From: Psammoneis japonica
Taxonomy: Eukaryota
Reading direction: 5' to 3'
NCBI GenBank assembly: GCA_008632985.1
Contig: QPGO01000004.1
Coordinates: 868,001 to 932,000 of the forward strand
Length of the DNA: 64,000 nucleotides
Under the pieces are notes generated by a model. It was not told the DNA's origin, did not search any database, and worked only from the letters and a program-made list of their open reading frames with translations. Position 1 is the stretch's first letter. Each line of letters begins with the position of its first letter. The translations under genes were made by a program, and so were the position numbers. Shown here piece by piece: positions 23,602-35,688 of this stretch.

Positions 23602-25231
23602 TCATTCATCGCACCCATAGAGAAGACCTTTGGCCACCAACGTTTCAAGTAAGCCAATGATTTCCTTTGTCAGACAATCCCCAAAGTTTTCAGCGGCAAG
23701 TTTTGGTTCATTCACGATGCAAGAAACAATGTCTAGAACTACATAGTCACCCTTGTCTGACGATATTTCAAACATCTCACCGTTCGCAAAAAGGCGATAA
23801 TGCTTTCCTACCGAAGAAAAGGAAAACGTGACACCTTCCGCTCTGTAAAGTACGCCTTTGCCGTGAATAACGTTACGCACAGCGGCTTTTGGATCGCCCC
23901 ACTCTCCAAGACTTTTATTCCATTCCACATCGAAAGAGGAACCATCGGGTTGCAACAGCGGAGCAGGATAGTTCTCACGCGGTCGTACGCATTCAGTAAC
24001 AGCCTTGCCCACTAACTCATCCCAAACAAGATCGTCATCGAGGACTTCGTCAATAGCGTCTCTGACCAAACATTTCATCTTTGCCTTTGCATCCTCAGTA
24101 ATTTCTCCTGTGTCATCCTTTGATGATGAGAGATCGTTTGTCTCCGCCTCTGGCGTTGTCAATAGGTCGTCATCAACGTATCGCTTCACAGCGCTGCCTG
24201 TGATTGCGCCCGAAAGTCTTTCCGCAACAGACGACACGAGATCAGAGGCAGAGGGGGCTCTGCATCCCACACTTAAGGTTATGCAGTCATTAGACAGTGC
24301 ACTTCCAAAGTGTGAAAATCTAGGTGGCAGATACAATGCATCCCCGGGTTCCAACTCAATTCGAGACACTTTTCCATTCGATCTCTGTTGCTCCCAATCA
24401 CCAAGTATGCGAACATCGATACCCTTTATTAGTGATTCCATTTCACGTTCAACGCTCACTACCTCAGAACCAATCTCCCACACGCGTTTCCCACTCGCCT
24501 GAATCAGAAACACATCGTAGTTATCCACATGCGGTCCAATGCCGCCTCCCTTATGAGCAACGCTCAATTGAGCATCGTCAAGCCGCCATCTCGGAAGGAA
24601 ATGAAATGTATCATCCATCCAATCGGATAATGCAGGATGAAAGCGTTCGACGTCGTTAATAACTAAGGTCCACTTTCGATCAATGCTTTCTTTCGATGCA
24701 TCTAGTGCATGGACCTTGGACTCGGAAAATGGCCCAAGGTCCAACGTGAAAGAACTTAGCTCATTTGTTCTGTGTTGGATCAGTCTAACAGTAAATGAAG
24801 AAACAAAGAGAGTAAGAGCTTTGCATTCTTCTTGGATCAGCATGCGACACTTCTTTTACATTGTTAGTGTCTTACCTGGTTCCTGACTCCTCGTCGACTG
24901 CAATTTCGAGGAGCTCATTCCAACTCGGCCAAGCTGAATCTTCGTCATGAGTGAGTAACTGGGAGGTATCAAACGCCGCTGTTATCAATAGTGGACGTCT
25001 TCCCCAGCAATTGGTTGATTTAAATAAATCTGGCGAGAAAGGCCCGCGGATTGTTTTGATTATGGTATTTTCCATACTCCCATCTTGGTGGGCCTGCAAG
25101 GTCAAACATCCTTTCGAGGACTTGAGAATCTTTCTGTTACAACCAGTGAGAAAAGCTGTCGCTTGTCCAAGTTCACCGAGAAAATACAGGGACAATAAGA
25201 TCCAATTCTTTCTCTTGACTAGGTTTGTCAT
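23602..25231 (-). CDS. JmjC/cupin_4 ribosomal oxygenase, YcfD/RoxA-like, 2 exons
   Basis: WGRRPLLI, FLPRWRLDD, GGIGPHVDNYDVFLIQASGKRVW, LEPGDALYLPPRFSHFG, TLSVGCRAP. Confidence 0.9.
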
Positions 25232-25557
25232 GGCTATTCATTCGGTACTGTATCCCATCTTCCGCAAGCCTCATCCACACCCACACTTCATTGCGATCAT
25301 TCATCACATTTACAGATTTCAATTTTTGGATGTGCCGAAAATCGAAAATCTCTCTTTTATTGTTTGTTCAGTATTGAATAAAATTTATATACGTTCAACG
25401 GTCAAATCCATCTTGGTTGATAGTGCTCTTCAATACATTATTTGACCCTGAATATATTTATCATACGTTACACATACAAATCGATTTTGGTACGTTTCCT
25501 CTCACATTTTCTCACAAATCTTTTGTTGTCGTCAACAGGTTGCATTTTAGCACTACA

Positions 25558-26907
25558 ATGGTACTTCTCAGACAAGACAAGTCCCTTCGCCTAAGAAGAG
25601 AAACACCACGTAAAAAATCCGAGGATGATTTCTATGGGTCACCCTGTTCTTTTCTTTGTTCTCCGTCTTGCTTTGTAATCGTTGACGGCGACTTGGGACG
25701 TAACACCAATAATGTTGTGTCGATTCAAGAGCCACGGATTAGGGGAAATAAGTCTAGTACCTCGAAAGCTAGTCCTGCAATCCTGCAGCATTTTGGACAT
25801 GCTTCCAGATGACATGCTGGCAGAGTGCTTCTTCAGTGGATATCTGACTCAAATCGAAGTTGTTTCAAAACTCCCTCTTATTTGTCACAAAATGAGAAAG
25901 GTATCACAGACATCAACAAGAGAATTGGATCTAAGCAAAAGATTCATGAATGCTGCTTCTGTGAGGAAAGTTGCTTTGTCGTTCCCAAGTCTGTCGGTAA
26001 GTTTAATCGAGATAGCTCGCGGCGTCATGAAATGAATGATGCAACACGTGCTTTTCACGGAACAAGAAACTTACAGTACCTGGTAATTGCTTTGCATGCT
26101 ATTCGAAAAGTCTCTTGATTTTAGTCACTGTTCAAACTTCTCAGGAGAGTCCCTTCAGGAACTGGTACCACTATCTCGTACTCTTAAGATTCTGAAGCTT
26201 CGTTCGTCATGCGTCAAAGACAGTGACATTGTGCGATACTTGAACTCTGCTCAAGCCTATCTCGGTGGCCCTAGCCGTCTCGAAGAACTCGATTTAGACG
26301 CAAAAGATTCGGAATGTATGCGAGCTAAAATAAGTGATGTATCAATAAAGAAAGTTGCGGTAAGCCATGCGAGACCGATAGTATACCTTTCTTCTTTGAC
26401 AGCGATGCGAATCTCACTCGAGTTCATTTCGTTTCTTGCCTTCAGGAATCGTGTCCATCGCTGCAACGACTTCGAGTTGGAAACTGCAACAAAGTTTCAG
26501 ATGTGTCAGTATACTTCTTGACACGCCTTTCTTGTCTTATGGAGTTGGACTTGTCCACAACTGGCGTTTCTGGGTTGTCTAGCCAACACCTTGCAACAAT
26601 GGAATCATTGATTCAACTCAAGCTTGATGCAACAAATGTAGACAATCACGGGATACAGCATCTCCTTGGAAGTAGCCGTGCCAGTTCTCTTGGATATCTT
26701 GGGCTGAGATCTATTGATCTATCATTTGAGACTCTCCAAATGTTAGCCAAAGTCAAGGGAGAACTGTCAACCAACCTCGAACTCTGCAAATGCCTCGAGA
26801 ATGGTGTCGGCGCCAGCGTCGTTCTTCGAGATCTAAAGCGAAAACGAAACGTCAAACTTGAGGACTACAATGATAGCCGCAGGAAAGAAAGCATCTGGGG
26901 AATATGA
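25558..26907 (+). CDS. F-box/LRR-like protein (multi-exon; 5' structure uncertain)
   Basis: ILDMLPDDMLAECF F-box-like motif and repeated LxxLxL units; introns at about 25997-26110 and 26360-26446. Confidence 0.65.
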
Positions 26908-27052
26908 GAATAGGTAGCCAATAAAGACTAGCTGAATACATTAATTTAACGCGTGGTGTTACATTGCAGTTACCGTATATCATTGGGAGCAAAAACGAAT
27001 ATATGTAGCAAGAGATCGTAGAGTAGGTGCTATCATACGTAGCACGAGTCCT

Positions 27053-28237
27053 TTAGGTGCTCTCTTTGTTTTCACTCTTGGTCTTTTCGTCTTCTAGCTT
27101 CGATGCGGCTTCTCGACCAATCACTTTTAGCCCTGTCTCATCCGTAATCTTTTCTACAACGCCTCTATCTTCCAACTCTTTGTTCAACATCAATGCCTGT
27201 GACGCCGCCATACTGTCGGCCTTGTCGTAGAATTCTTTAAATTTTCCCATAATCCCGCCTTGGTTCTTTTCAACCGGCTTTTCCTGTACCGGCTCTTGTG
27301 GTTCTGGAGTTTCGACGGGTTCCTCCAATACAACCTCCGATAATGCTGCAAGCCTTTTCTGCCCCTTTCTCGCCTTTTTCTTCCTTGGCCGCTCCTCGTC
27401 ACCCATGGCTGGCCTCGAACTCACAGGAGGAGTTGCGCTTACTGGCTTTGATACTGGCTTTTTACCAGACCGCTCTCTTCTTCGACGTTCGACTTCTTCC
27501 CAAATCTTCTCTGCATTTTGCCGCTTTGAGTCAAGCTACAACATGTCGCGATAAGGATGTCATGACGAGAGGTGTGAGCACATTTAGCAAGAGACAACAA
27601 AGACTTGCACGTACAAACGTACCTCTGCTTCAACCAGTAGACCCAGGCAAGCTCCAGAAATAAGTGCACCGGCTCCACCAATCTTGCTGACAAAGAGGAA
27701 ACGAAACACCGGATTTGATTCGACCCATCCGAATCCGAAATCGTCAAGACTAACCTGCTGCTTGACAGCTTCGTCGGCAGGCACCAAGTCGTTGAACCTA
27801 GAAATCGTATCAGGATCCACCGTGTCTCGCAATTCCGTCAAGAAGGCGTTAAACATGGCAATCACGACAAAAATGACCGCAAGCACAGCGTAGAGAGTGA
27901 TGCGCTTGGTACGTTCTTGCCCCGCAATAGTGTTTCCCTCGGCGCGGTTGATTTCTTCTCTCATCTCCTTGGGGATTTTTGTGGGGACTGGATCTAGAAT
28001 AGATTCCAAAACCCCCTTCTTCTGATCTTCCAACTCATAGAGGCGTGTCCTAGTCGGGCGATATGTCGTTGCTGACGCCACCGCCGGATGAAGCAGATTC
28101 TTGGCCGACAACAGTGAAGTCGTTTTCTCTACAAAGTGAGGGTTCGGGGGTACGAGGCTCTCTGCTCGTTTTGTGTTGCTAAGAAAGAAAACAAAAACCA
28201 AGGAAGCCGCAACTAAGCAGCGATTCAGGAGAATCAT
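27053..28237 (-). CDS. Hypothetical membrane protein with N-terminal signal peptide, 2 exons
   Basis: Signal-like N-terminus, two hydrophobic helices and a charged C-terminal exon; intron at about 27535-27625. Confidence 0.7.
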
Positions 28238-28640
28238 CTTGACGTGGTGGAGCTCGAATGGGTTGTGACGGAGTCGTCGTCGTCAAAAGACCAAAGGCCA
28301 ACAGCGCTGATGATGTTGATGATGTTGTGCCGAAAAAAATGAGGGATGGCGGATGGCGGCCATGGTGGCCGATGGCGAATCATCATACGGTACGATGGCC
28401 AGACCAAAAAGCCCGGGCGCAGTTCCGGGTGATGACGCGCGCGCTAAAACGAGCACGCGCGCGAGTGGACCGAGAGCTTGAATACCGGCATTGCTCTGTG
28501 ACCTGTGACTGTGTGGTGACTGCGTGCACTACACCGCACTGTTACTGTTGTTGTTGTTTGTGTTGCACTTGCTGATTCCGTATTTGTAATAGACTTCCTC
28601 AGAGCCACAGCTGTTGGTTGCACTGATTGAAAAATATAGA

Positions 28641-29465
28641 ATGCAGAAACGCCGAAGCGCAGCTGGAGATAGCGCAACGTTGCCAATGACAGAAGCAGAT
28701 GTGGTCGCTGCCAAGTCCACAACTCGTCGTCGTGTTCGAAAACGGAGATTACGCAAACGCAAAGGAAACACCTTGCTCCGAATATACGGTCCACCGGTTT
28801 GCGCTGTTGCGGTGGTGGTGGTCATGATTATGCTGGGAACATTTGTTCTTCAAAGCTTTTTAGCACCGCGAGAGGCAGAACCCGAAGAAATGGTTGAAGC
28901 AGGAATTGAACCGAAAGCATTCATGGACGATGACCCGGCGTTGGAGAAATTTCCTTTATCGCACTTTCCAACCTTGACGTATGCTTTAGAAAATGCGGAC
29001 CTTGTCGCTCTCTACTTTGCTGCTTCGTGGTGTCCCATGAGTACGCCTGTTACTGAGAAACTAGAAGAAGCGTTTTCTCATGATCCAGAAATATTGCTGC
29101 CACCAGAGGCCGACAATAGCAAGAATGAAAAGTTTCCCTTGGCGATTGTTTATGTATCTTCAGACGATTCCAAGGAAGAAATGGAGAAGTATTCTAAAAA
29201 GAACTGGATTGACGTACCGTTTGACAGTGAGGATCGTACTGAACTCAAAAAGCACTTTCAAGTCTGTGCCAAGAAGGAGTTGCCAATTCTAGATATCGAT
29301 CGTAAATCGGAAATACCGACTCTCATAGTGCTGGATGCCAAGACCCATGGAGTTTTGACAACAGACGGTGTCATGGACTTGGAATCGCTTGGGGCAGGCG
29401 CTCTGAAACAGTGGCAAGGAATGGAACACGTGTTTCGTGGTTTGGAAGACAAGTACATTGATTAA
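28641..29465 (+). CDS. Membrane-anchored thioredoxin-fold protein, nucleoredoxin/tryparedoxin-like, CxxS
   Basis: VALYFAASWCPMS, IVYVSSD and IPTLIVLD motifs; one N-terminal TM helix. Confidence 0.85.
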   Translation: MQKRRSAAGDSATLPMTEADVVAAKSTTRRRVRKRRLRKRKGNTLLRIYGPPVCAVAVVVVMIMLGTFVLQSFLAPREAEPEEMVEAGIEPKAFMDDDPALEKFPLSHFPTLTYALENADLVALYFAASWCPMSTPVTEKLEEAFSHDPEILLPPEADNSKNEKFPLAIVYVSSDDSKEEMEKYSKKNWIDVPFDSEDRTELKKHFQVCAKKELPILDIDRKSEIPTLIVLDAKTHGVLTTDGVMDLESLGAGALKQWQGMEHVFRGLEDKYID

Positions 29466-29608
29466 ATGGGAATCCCTCAGCTATCATCCTTACTATATCC
29501 TATTTTGGGAAGCGTTGCTCTCATACACTACCCGATACTTTGCTCGAGTCTTTAATAGACTAGACGTTTAGTACCATTTTTTTTTTACAACGAAACCCCC
29601 TACACCCA

Positions 29609-31015
29609 CTAATCACTCGCGTCAGTCTTGGCTCGCTTGCTTGAGTCTTCCTGAGCCGGCATTTTGGCATCTTCCTCGGGTCGCTTTTTTTTCTTCTTCT
29701 TGACAGCCATGATGGGAGCAGCACTGGCCGTAGCGGCAACACCGGCTGCACCAAAACCAACCGTCGTGGTGCCGTTCTCTTTTCCTTCTTTCTCCTCTTG
29801 GTCCGCGGCCGCGATTTGAGCGTGCACCTTGGCGGACATTTTGGACACGTCTTGGAGGCCCTGCCTGGCGTTTTCCGCCTCGTCGATAACCTCTTGAATG
29901 TCGTCCAACATTTGCGCCAAGGGCTTGACCTCGTCATCGTCCTGGTTGGGTTGCGACTGGAGCAAGGTGGCGACGCGATCGCGAATAGCCCGTAAGTTGT
30001 GACTGCAGGACTGAAAGAAAAGTACCGATGGATCCAGTCCCGTAGTCTTGGCACCACCACTCTCCAACGAAGGCGCATCGGCGGTAATGGCATTCGGGTC
30101 GCCACCACAGGACAATGCAATTGTGCCTGCAATCGACTTGGCCGACGCGAGATAGTGCTCAATGCTCTTGCAGCGGTACTCTTCAATTTGATCTGGGGGC
30201 ACAGGCACTGCAGTGGGCGGTAAGTCTTCTCCTTGACTCTTTTTTTCTTGCTGGCAATCTCCTTCCGACGCTAGCAACATGTGGGCCAAGGCTAGCACGT
30301 ATCGCGCATCAGCGACAACACGAGAAAAGACTCCCAGAATGGGTTCTCGTAGTTCCAAACACGCCTTGTAATCCGAAATAGCTTCCATGTACCGCCCATC
30401 CAGGCGCTGAAGATCACCAAGACGGACATGAATCTGTGCCAAATCGAGCTTGAGCTGGTCTGTGGCTTTATCACTGCTTGCGAGCTTTGTCACAATGTGA
30501 CGAGCAGTTTCTAGATTTTCCCACGCAACTTCCAAAGCTCCTACCGACTCCGCTGGAGCACCTTCTGAATCAGCGCTATTATTTACCATCATGTTGGTCT
30601 CGGGACTGTCTTGAGATTCTTCTACAGAATACAAAAGCGTCGTGCCGTACAGATAGTGAAACGGACCCAACGACGGATCGACGCTTTTGTTTTCTGAATC
30701 GGGCAGGAGAGACAACGTCTTGGTGATGGCCTCTTCAATCGTTCCAAGCGCATCATCGAAACTTCCTTCATTCAACAAAGCCTTAGCTTGCTTATAGGCC
30801 TCAGACGCCTTGGTGCTGTCGTAGGTGGGGTGCACAAACTCTGCGTTGTTTTTGTTGGAAGGAGACGTCTCGGTACTTTGCGGTTCTTCCGTCGTCGTCG
30901 TCTCGGCAGGTGCTGCTTTCGCAGGCTCTTCAGAAGGTACAGCAGTTCCTTCAGAAGCTTTACCAGACTGTGTCTGGACCGGCTGGTTGGGTGACGACTG
31001 CGATGGAGCCGCCAT
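29609..31015 (-). CDS. NASP/Hif1/Sim3-family histone chaperone (SHNi-TPR)
   Basis: YLYGTTLL, LEVAWENLETAR, RLGDLQ...AISDY..CLELR, TTTVGFG and a C-terminal KKKKKR NLS. Confidence 0.9.
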   Translation of the reverse strand: MAAPSQSSPNQPVQTQSGKASEGTAVPSEEPAKAAPAETTTTEEPQSTETSPSNKNNAEFVHPTYDSTKASEAYKQAKALLNEGSFDDALGTIEEAITKTLSLLPDSENKSVDPSLGPFHYLYGTTLLYSVEESQDSPETNMMVNNSADSEGAPAESVGALEVAWENLETARHIVTKLASSDKATDQLKLDLAQIHVRLGDLQRLDGRYMEAISDYKACLELREPILGVFSRVVADARYVLALAHMLLASEGDCQQEKKSQGEDLPPTAVPVPPDQIEEYRCKSIEHYLASAKSIAGTIALSCGGDPNAITADAPSLESGGAKTTGLDPSVLFFQSCSHNLRAIRDRVATLLQSQPNQDDDEVKPLAQMLDDIQEVIDEAENARQGLQDVSKMSAKVHAQIAAADQEEKEGKENGTTTVGFGAAGVAATASAAPIMAVKKKKKKRPEEDAKMPAQEDSSKRAKTDASD

Positions 31016-31434
31016 GGTGACAAGCTTGTTGGTGTTTGGTGTGATTGTGGTTGTGAAGAGTGAAGAGGCGGTGTGCTTTTGTCGTGTTGGAGGCAGGTGC
31101 GTAGAATGTCTACTGCATCCTACGTAGTGCATTTTGGCGCGACAACCTAATGATTATATATTTAGTTTTGAATAGATTTAAATTACCCAAAATTTCGTTA
31201 ATTGTGACGGTTTATTAACCTTCAAGTGTATATATGTAACAACAAGAAATATGACCGTTCATCTATTGCCCTTTGAAATCGTGTCACAAAAATTCGAAAT
31301 GAAGGGTCACTCAGATTTTTGTGTGTTTCGTGTCAAAGGTCAAAGAACAAGAACCACAGTATGTAGCATGTAGGAGTATCTGCAATGATTGATTGATTTC
31401 TCTTGTTCCATCTCTTGCATTGTAATTTATCCCC

Positions 31435-34008
31435 ATGCTTCGCAGTTCGTTAAGACGTGTCTCCCGATCACGGGCTGTGACGATTGGTGCGACCATTTCA
31501 ATCGTTGCCATGGTCGAGGTGGAGCGTCGTCGTTCAAAGGACGTAGGCGAGGATCAAACTAGATTCTCGTGGATAGCTCAAAAGCTTCCCAGACTTTCCA
31601 TGAAGAAATATTTGGTCGAGCGGACTCAGTGTCAAGATATGCTCTTCATGGATCCAAATTTCCGCGGAACGCTGCGAAAGATCAAAAACACATCCTCCAA
31701 AGAATCCGTGAATGATCGATACATTGTTCATTGGGACGCTCCGTTGGGAGAAGGAGCCTATGGAGCTGTCTACGCTGCGACGGATCGAAAGACGGGAGAA
31801 AAGGTAGCATTGAAAAAGATATCAAAGACCTATACGGATGACATTGGTTTTCAACGAGAGATGGAGGCATTTCTTCATTTGCGCGATGCGGGAGGTCATC
31901 CCAATATTTGTCGATTGCACGAGAACTTCGATGAAGGAGACGACTATTACCTTTCTCTAGATTTAATATCCGGAGGCGAGATGTTTGATCATTTGATTCG
32001 ATCGTAAGTGTCAAAACATTCTCATGGGGTGTTTGTGACGTTGGAATGCATTCTCATTTTTTTAAATCTCGTTTCTGTTTACAGAGGCCCTTACTCGGAA
32101 GCTGATGCTGCTCGTCTCGTGCGAGAGGTGGCATCAGCTCTAAACTTTATTCACGGCATCGATTGTATTCATGGGGATTTAAAGCCCGAGAATCTGATGC
32201 TGAGCACCGATAATGTGAGTGACTCCGTTGTGAAAGTCATTGATTTTGGATGCGCCCAGATTGGATCAAAAGATAGCAGCTCAGATAGTTCCGTTCCGAT
32301 CGGAAGCACAAGGGCATACTGCCCACCAGAGGTTCTTTGTGAATCAAAACTCTTACGGCTGGAAAAGAGCCTCGACATTTGGAGTTTGGGTATCATTCTG
32401 TACATCATGCTCACTGGAGTTCACCCGTTTGACTTATCCGGCGAGTCTACAGACGAAGAAATTATCCGTCGAATCCTCAACAAGGAATCTCCTCCTCTTG
32501 GAGAATCAGAATACACTGGGCACTTGTCGCAATCCGCCATCGATCTGATCAAGCGGCTATTGGCTTGGGATCCAAAGGAACGAATCACCGCAGAGGAGCT
32601 ACTCCATCATCCGTGGGTGCGGGGCGAGACAGCTAGTCATGACAAAATGGCCGACTCGGACAAGAAGCTGTCAAACTTTCGTCGCTTCAAGAGTAAGATT
32701 GAGTTGCAAACCTTTGAGCAATTGTTTAATTGGGCAAACCAATCCGAGGAGAATGACGTCTCTGCACGCACCTCGTTGATTGAACGGTCTTTCCGAAAGT
32801 TTGATGCCGAACAGAAAGGATTCCTTACCGCCAAGGACCTGGGAGCGACTAGCGATAGCGTAGATGGTAACGAGGCATTATCGCTCTCTGGATTTTCAGA
32901 TCTGTTATCGGAGCATTTGGAGAACAAGTATTTTCGGAAGGACCAAGTGGTCTATCGTGAAGGAGAGGAGGGCAACGAAATGTTCTTTATCAATTCAGGG
33001 ATTGTCGAGATTTCAACCAAGGATGGATTTAAGATTCATTTGAAGCAAGGAGACTTTGTAGGTGAAGGCGCCGTGAGTATCGTGTAAATGCATTTAGGAA
33101 GCGCAATGGATCAATGCTTCTTGCGACTGACGTTCTATCTTTTCTGCAGCTTCTGAGCCCAGACAAGATTCGTTCGGCTACGGTCCGTTGTGTTACGCCT
33201 GTCCATGCTATTGAAGTATCTAGAGAGTACTTTGAAAAGTATCTTGCGTCGTCCGAGATGGCTCTTTCATTGAAAATGAGAGAGAAGGATAAGAGCCGAG
33301 CTTTAAACCGAACAAAGACAATACTGCGCAAGCAACAGCAGGTGAAACCACTGACATTGAAGAAAGGAGACTATCTCTACAGAGTGGGAGACAAAGGGAA
33401 CGAGCTCTACATCTTGGAAAAGGGCAAGGTGGATGTGTACGTTGAGGACCGCACCGTCTTTTCATTGAAACCTGGAGATTTATGTGGCGAACACTCTCTC
33501 ATTGCAGGTCGTCCACATGGAACATCTGCAGCTTGCGTCAGCAAGACATGCAAACTCCATGTAATGAAGGATGAAGATTTTCATGGCGTGCTGCGAAAGT
33601 TGCCGACTCTAAAGGGGTCTGTAAGTTGAAAGTGTTACTCTTTCTAGCTTCTAGAGTGCTTCTCCCTTGTCTAAATATTCTCGTTGTATTTTTTAGCTTC
33701 AAGACGTTAGCCTTCGTAGGGAATTCCAAAAAGCGGTGGTTTTTGGAACTAAAAAGCCTTTCCCAAAGAATTCTACTGACCTGAAGCGAGTATTCGAAGC
33801 AACAGATTTGGACGGCAGCGGGTCTCTGTCTCTTGAAGAAATCAGGGCATTGATCAAGCGAATGGATCCAGCAGTTCCAGAAGAAGAAATCAATGGCATC
33901 TTGAAGTCATTGGATATCGATGCATCAGGGACTGTAGACTTTGCTGAGTTTTCACATATATTTGGATTTGACACTTCAAAGGAAGAGAATTCATTTAAAT
34001 CCAAATAA
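31435..34008 (+). CDS. CaMK/CDPK-like Ser/Thr kinase with EF-hands and two cyclic-nucleotide-binding domains, 4 exons
   Basis: GEGAYG, ALK, HGDLKPEN and DFG; EF-like FDAEQKGFL; cNMP-type VYREGEEG..MFFI..G and GE.A.L...RSATV; second domain GDLCGE; C-terminal DLDGSGSLSLEE and DIDASGTVDFAE. Confidence 0.9.
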
Positions 34009-34247
34009 GCTCGTAGAGACGGAAGCCGGACTGATGCTCTTGAATCTTGCTGTATTGTACGGCGCTCTACCGCACCAGTCGTGATTGGAAGTGACCTATG
34101 TGAACCAGGAAGAAGAAATCCCCATCATCTCGAATCTTGAAACTACGAACAACCCAAACCTCATGATCTGATATGAGCTTCGTCTGGTGACATGCGCTAC
34201 GTACGCTTGAGTAGAAACTGCATTTTTCTTTAAATGATGTATTTGGA

Positions 34248-34572
34248 CTCTCTCTCTCTCTCTACGGTATTCTCTAGACTTATTGTTTGAATGGAACAGT
34301 TATGGAATGGGTTTGAGAGGAGAGTGCACTACGTACGAAATACTGTTTCACTCTCGTCACACCTCGTCAGCAGCTGGCTAGCGCTCTCTCTCTCTAGCTA
34401 GCTAGCTAGCCACTCTACTCAGCATGCATACTACTCTAGCTAGAGGACCCTCTCTACAGTAGAGAGAAACTACTACTGCTAGCTAGAGTAGGGATCGGTA
34501 TTACGTGCTCTCTAGAGTAGAGATCTACCATACTCTATCGGTAATGTGGCAAAATAGAACCTCTACATAGAG
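34248..34572. repeat. Low-complexity (CT)n / CTAG / TACT-rich intergenic tract
   Basis: ctctctctctct, ctagctagctagctag and repeated ctctagc, tactact, tagag words. Confidence 0.6.
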
Positions 34573-34737
34573 TGGGGATTTGCAATCAAGGTTCACCGTC
34601 TGCTTTTAGTCGGTCTAATCAAATCGCGATAATGGCGAAAAGATAGGTTGAAGATCGATCGCAAGGATCGAGCGACGCCGATAGGATAGCGAGGAAAGTT
34701 GCAAATGGCAAATAATGCGATACCTTTATTAACTGTA

Positions 34738-35574
34738 ATGATGTCGTCGACAGAAAAAGATAAAAGTTCTGGCGTTTCAGCCACAGAACTGATTCATTTG
34801 ACTTACGCAGGAAACTTTGAGATGGAATGTGATGCCACGGTGTTGGGATGCCGCCTCGTGGATCCTCCCACAGGAAAAGACTGCTCTACAAATAATAGAA
34901 TCGAAGTACAGCTCAATCGAACGACCATGCATCCTCAAGGTGGTGGGCAGCCATCGGACTTGGGCATTTTACATGCAAATGGCGAGACAGTAATAGATGT
35001 CGACAAAGTTACAATTGATCGCGATACTGGAGTTGTTACCCACGCTGGATCTCTCCCTGCATCTGCGATGCCTCTTCAACTGGGATCGGAGGTTCATGTG
35101 AAGGTGGATGAAAAGAACCGTCGCATTTTGTCAGAATGCCACACAGCGGGACACGTCGTCGATTCGGCCATGGCGAGATGTGGTAAAATGTTGCCTCCGA
35201 CAAAAGGATATCATTTTCTCGATGGACCCTACGTCGAGTATCGAGGCACTATCCCGCCAGACGAACGGCCTTTACTTTTAGAAAAACTCAAACTCGCGTT
35301 TGCAGATTTGGTGGACGAAGATATCGAAACCAAAATCGAGACGCTTCCAAAGGAAGAAGCGGAGAAGGTGTGTAATCGCTTGGCGAAAAACTTCGACTTG
35401 AAGGACTATTCAGATGACGAAATCCGGGTTGTGACAGTAGCAGGCTGGGCTTGCCCTTGCGGCGGTACACATGTGAAAAGTACAGCTGATCTTCGTGATC
35501 GTAAGTGGACTATTACTGGTATGAAGAGTAAGAAGGGGGTTGTGCGGGTGAAGTATGGAATGAAGGCGGATTGA
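34738..35574 (+). CDS. AlaX-type alanyl-tRNA editing protein
   Basis: HPQGGGQPSDLG, Zn-binding HTAGH and CPCGGTHV, and KKGVVRVKY. Confidence 0.92.
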   Translation: MMSSTEKDKSSGVSATELIHLTYAGNFEMECDATVLGCRLVDPPTGKDCSTNNRIEVQLNRTTMHPQGGGQPSDLGILHANGETVIDVDKVTIDRDTGVVTHAGSLPASAMPLQLGSEVHVKVDEKNRRILSECHTAGHVVDSAMARCGKMLPPTKGYHFLDGPYVEYRGTIPPDERPLLLEKLKLAFADLVDEDIETKIETLPKEEAEKVCNRLAKNFDLKDYSDDEIRVVTVAGWACPCGGTHVKSTADLRDRKWTITGMKSKKGVVRVKYGMKAD

Positions 35575-35688
35575 TGGTAGATATGCCGGTTCCATTCTCG
35601 GCAACAGCCTCTGTTTGGAACGTAGGTGCGCTCAAACCGTGTATGATGTAGAATGTACAAGTTCGTTCAGATACAGTAATGTACTCCG

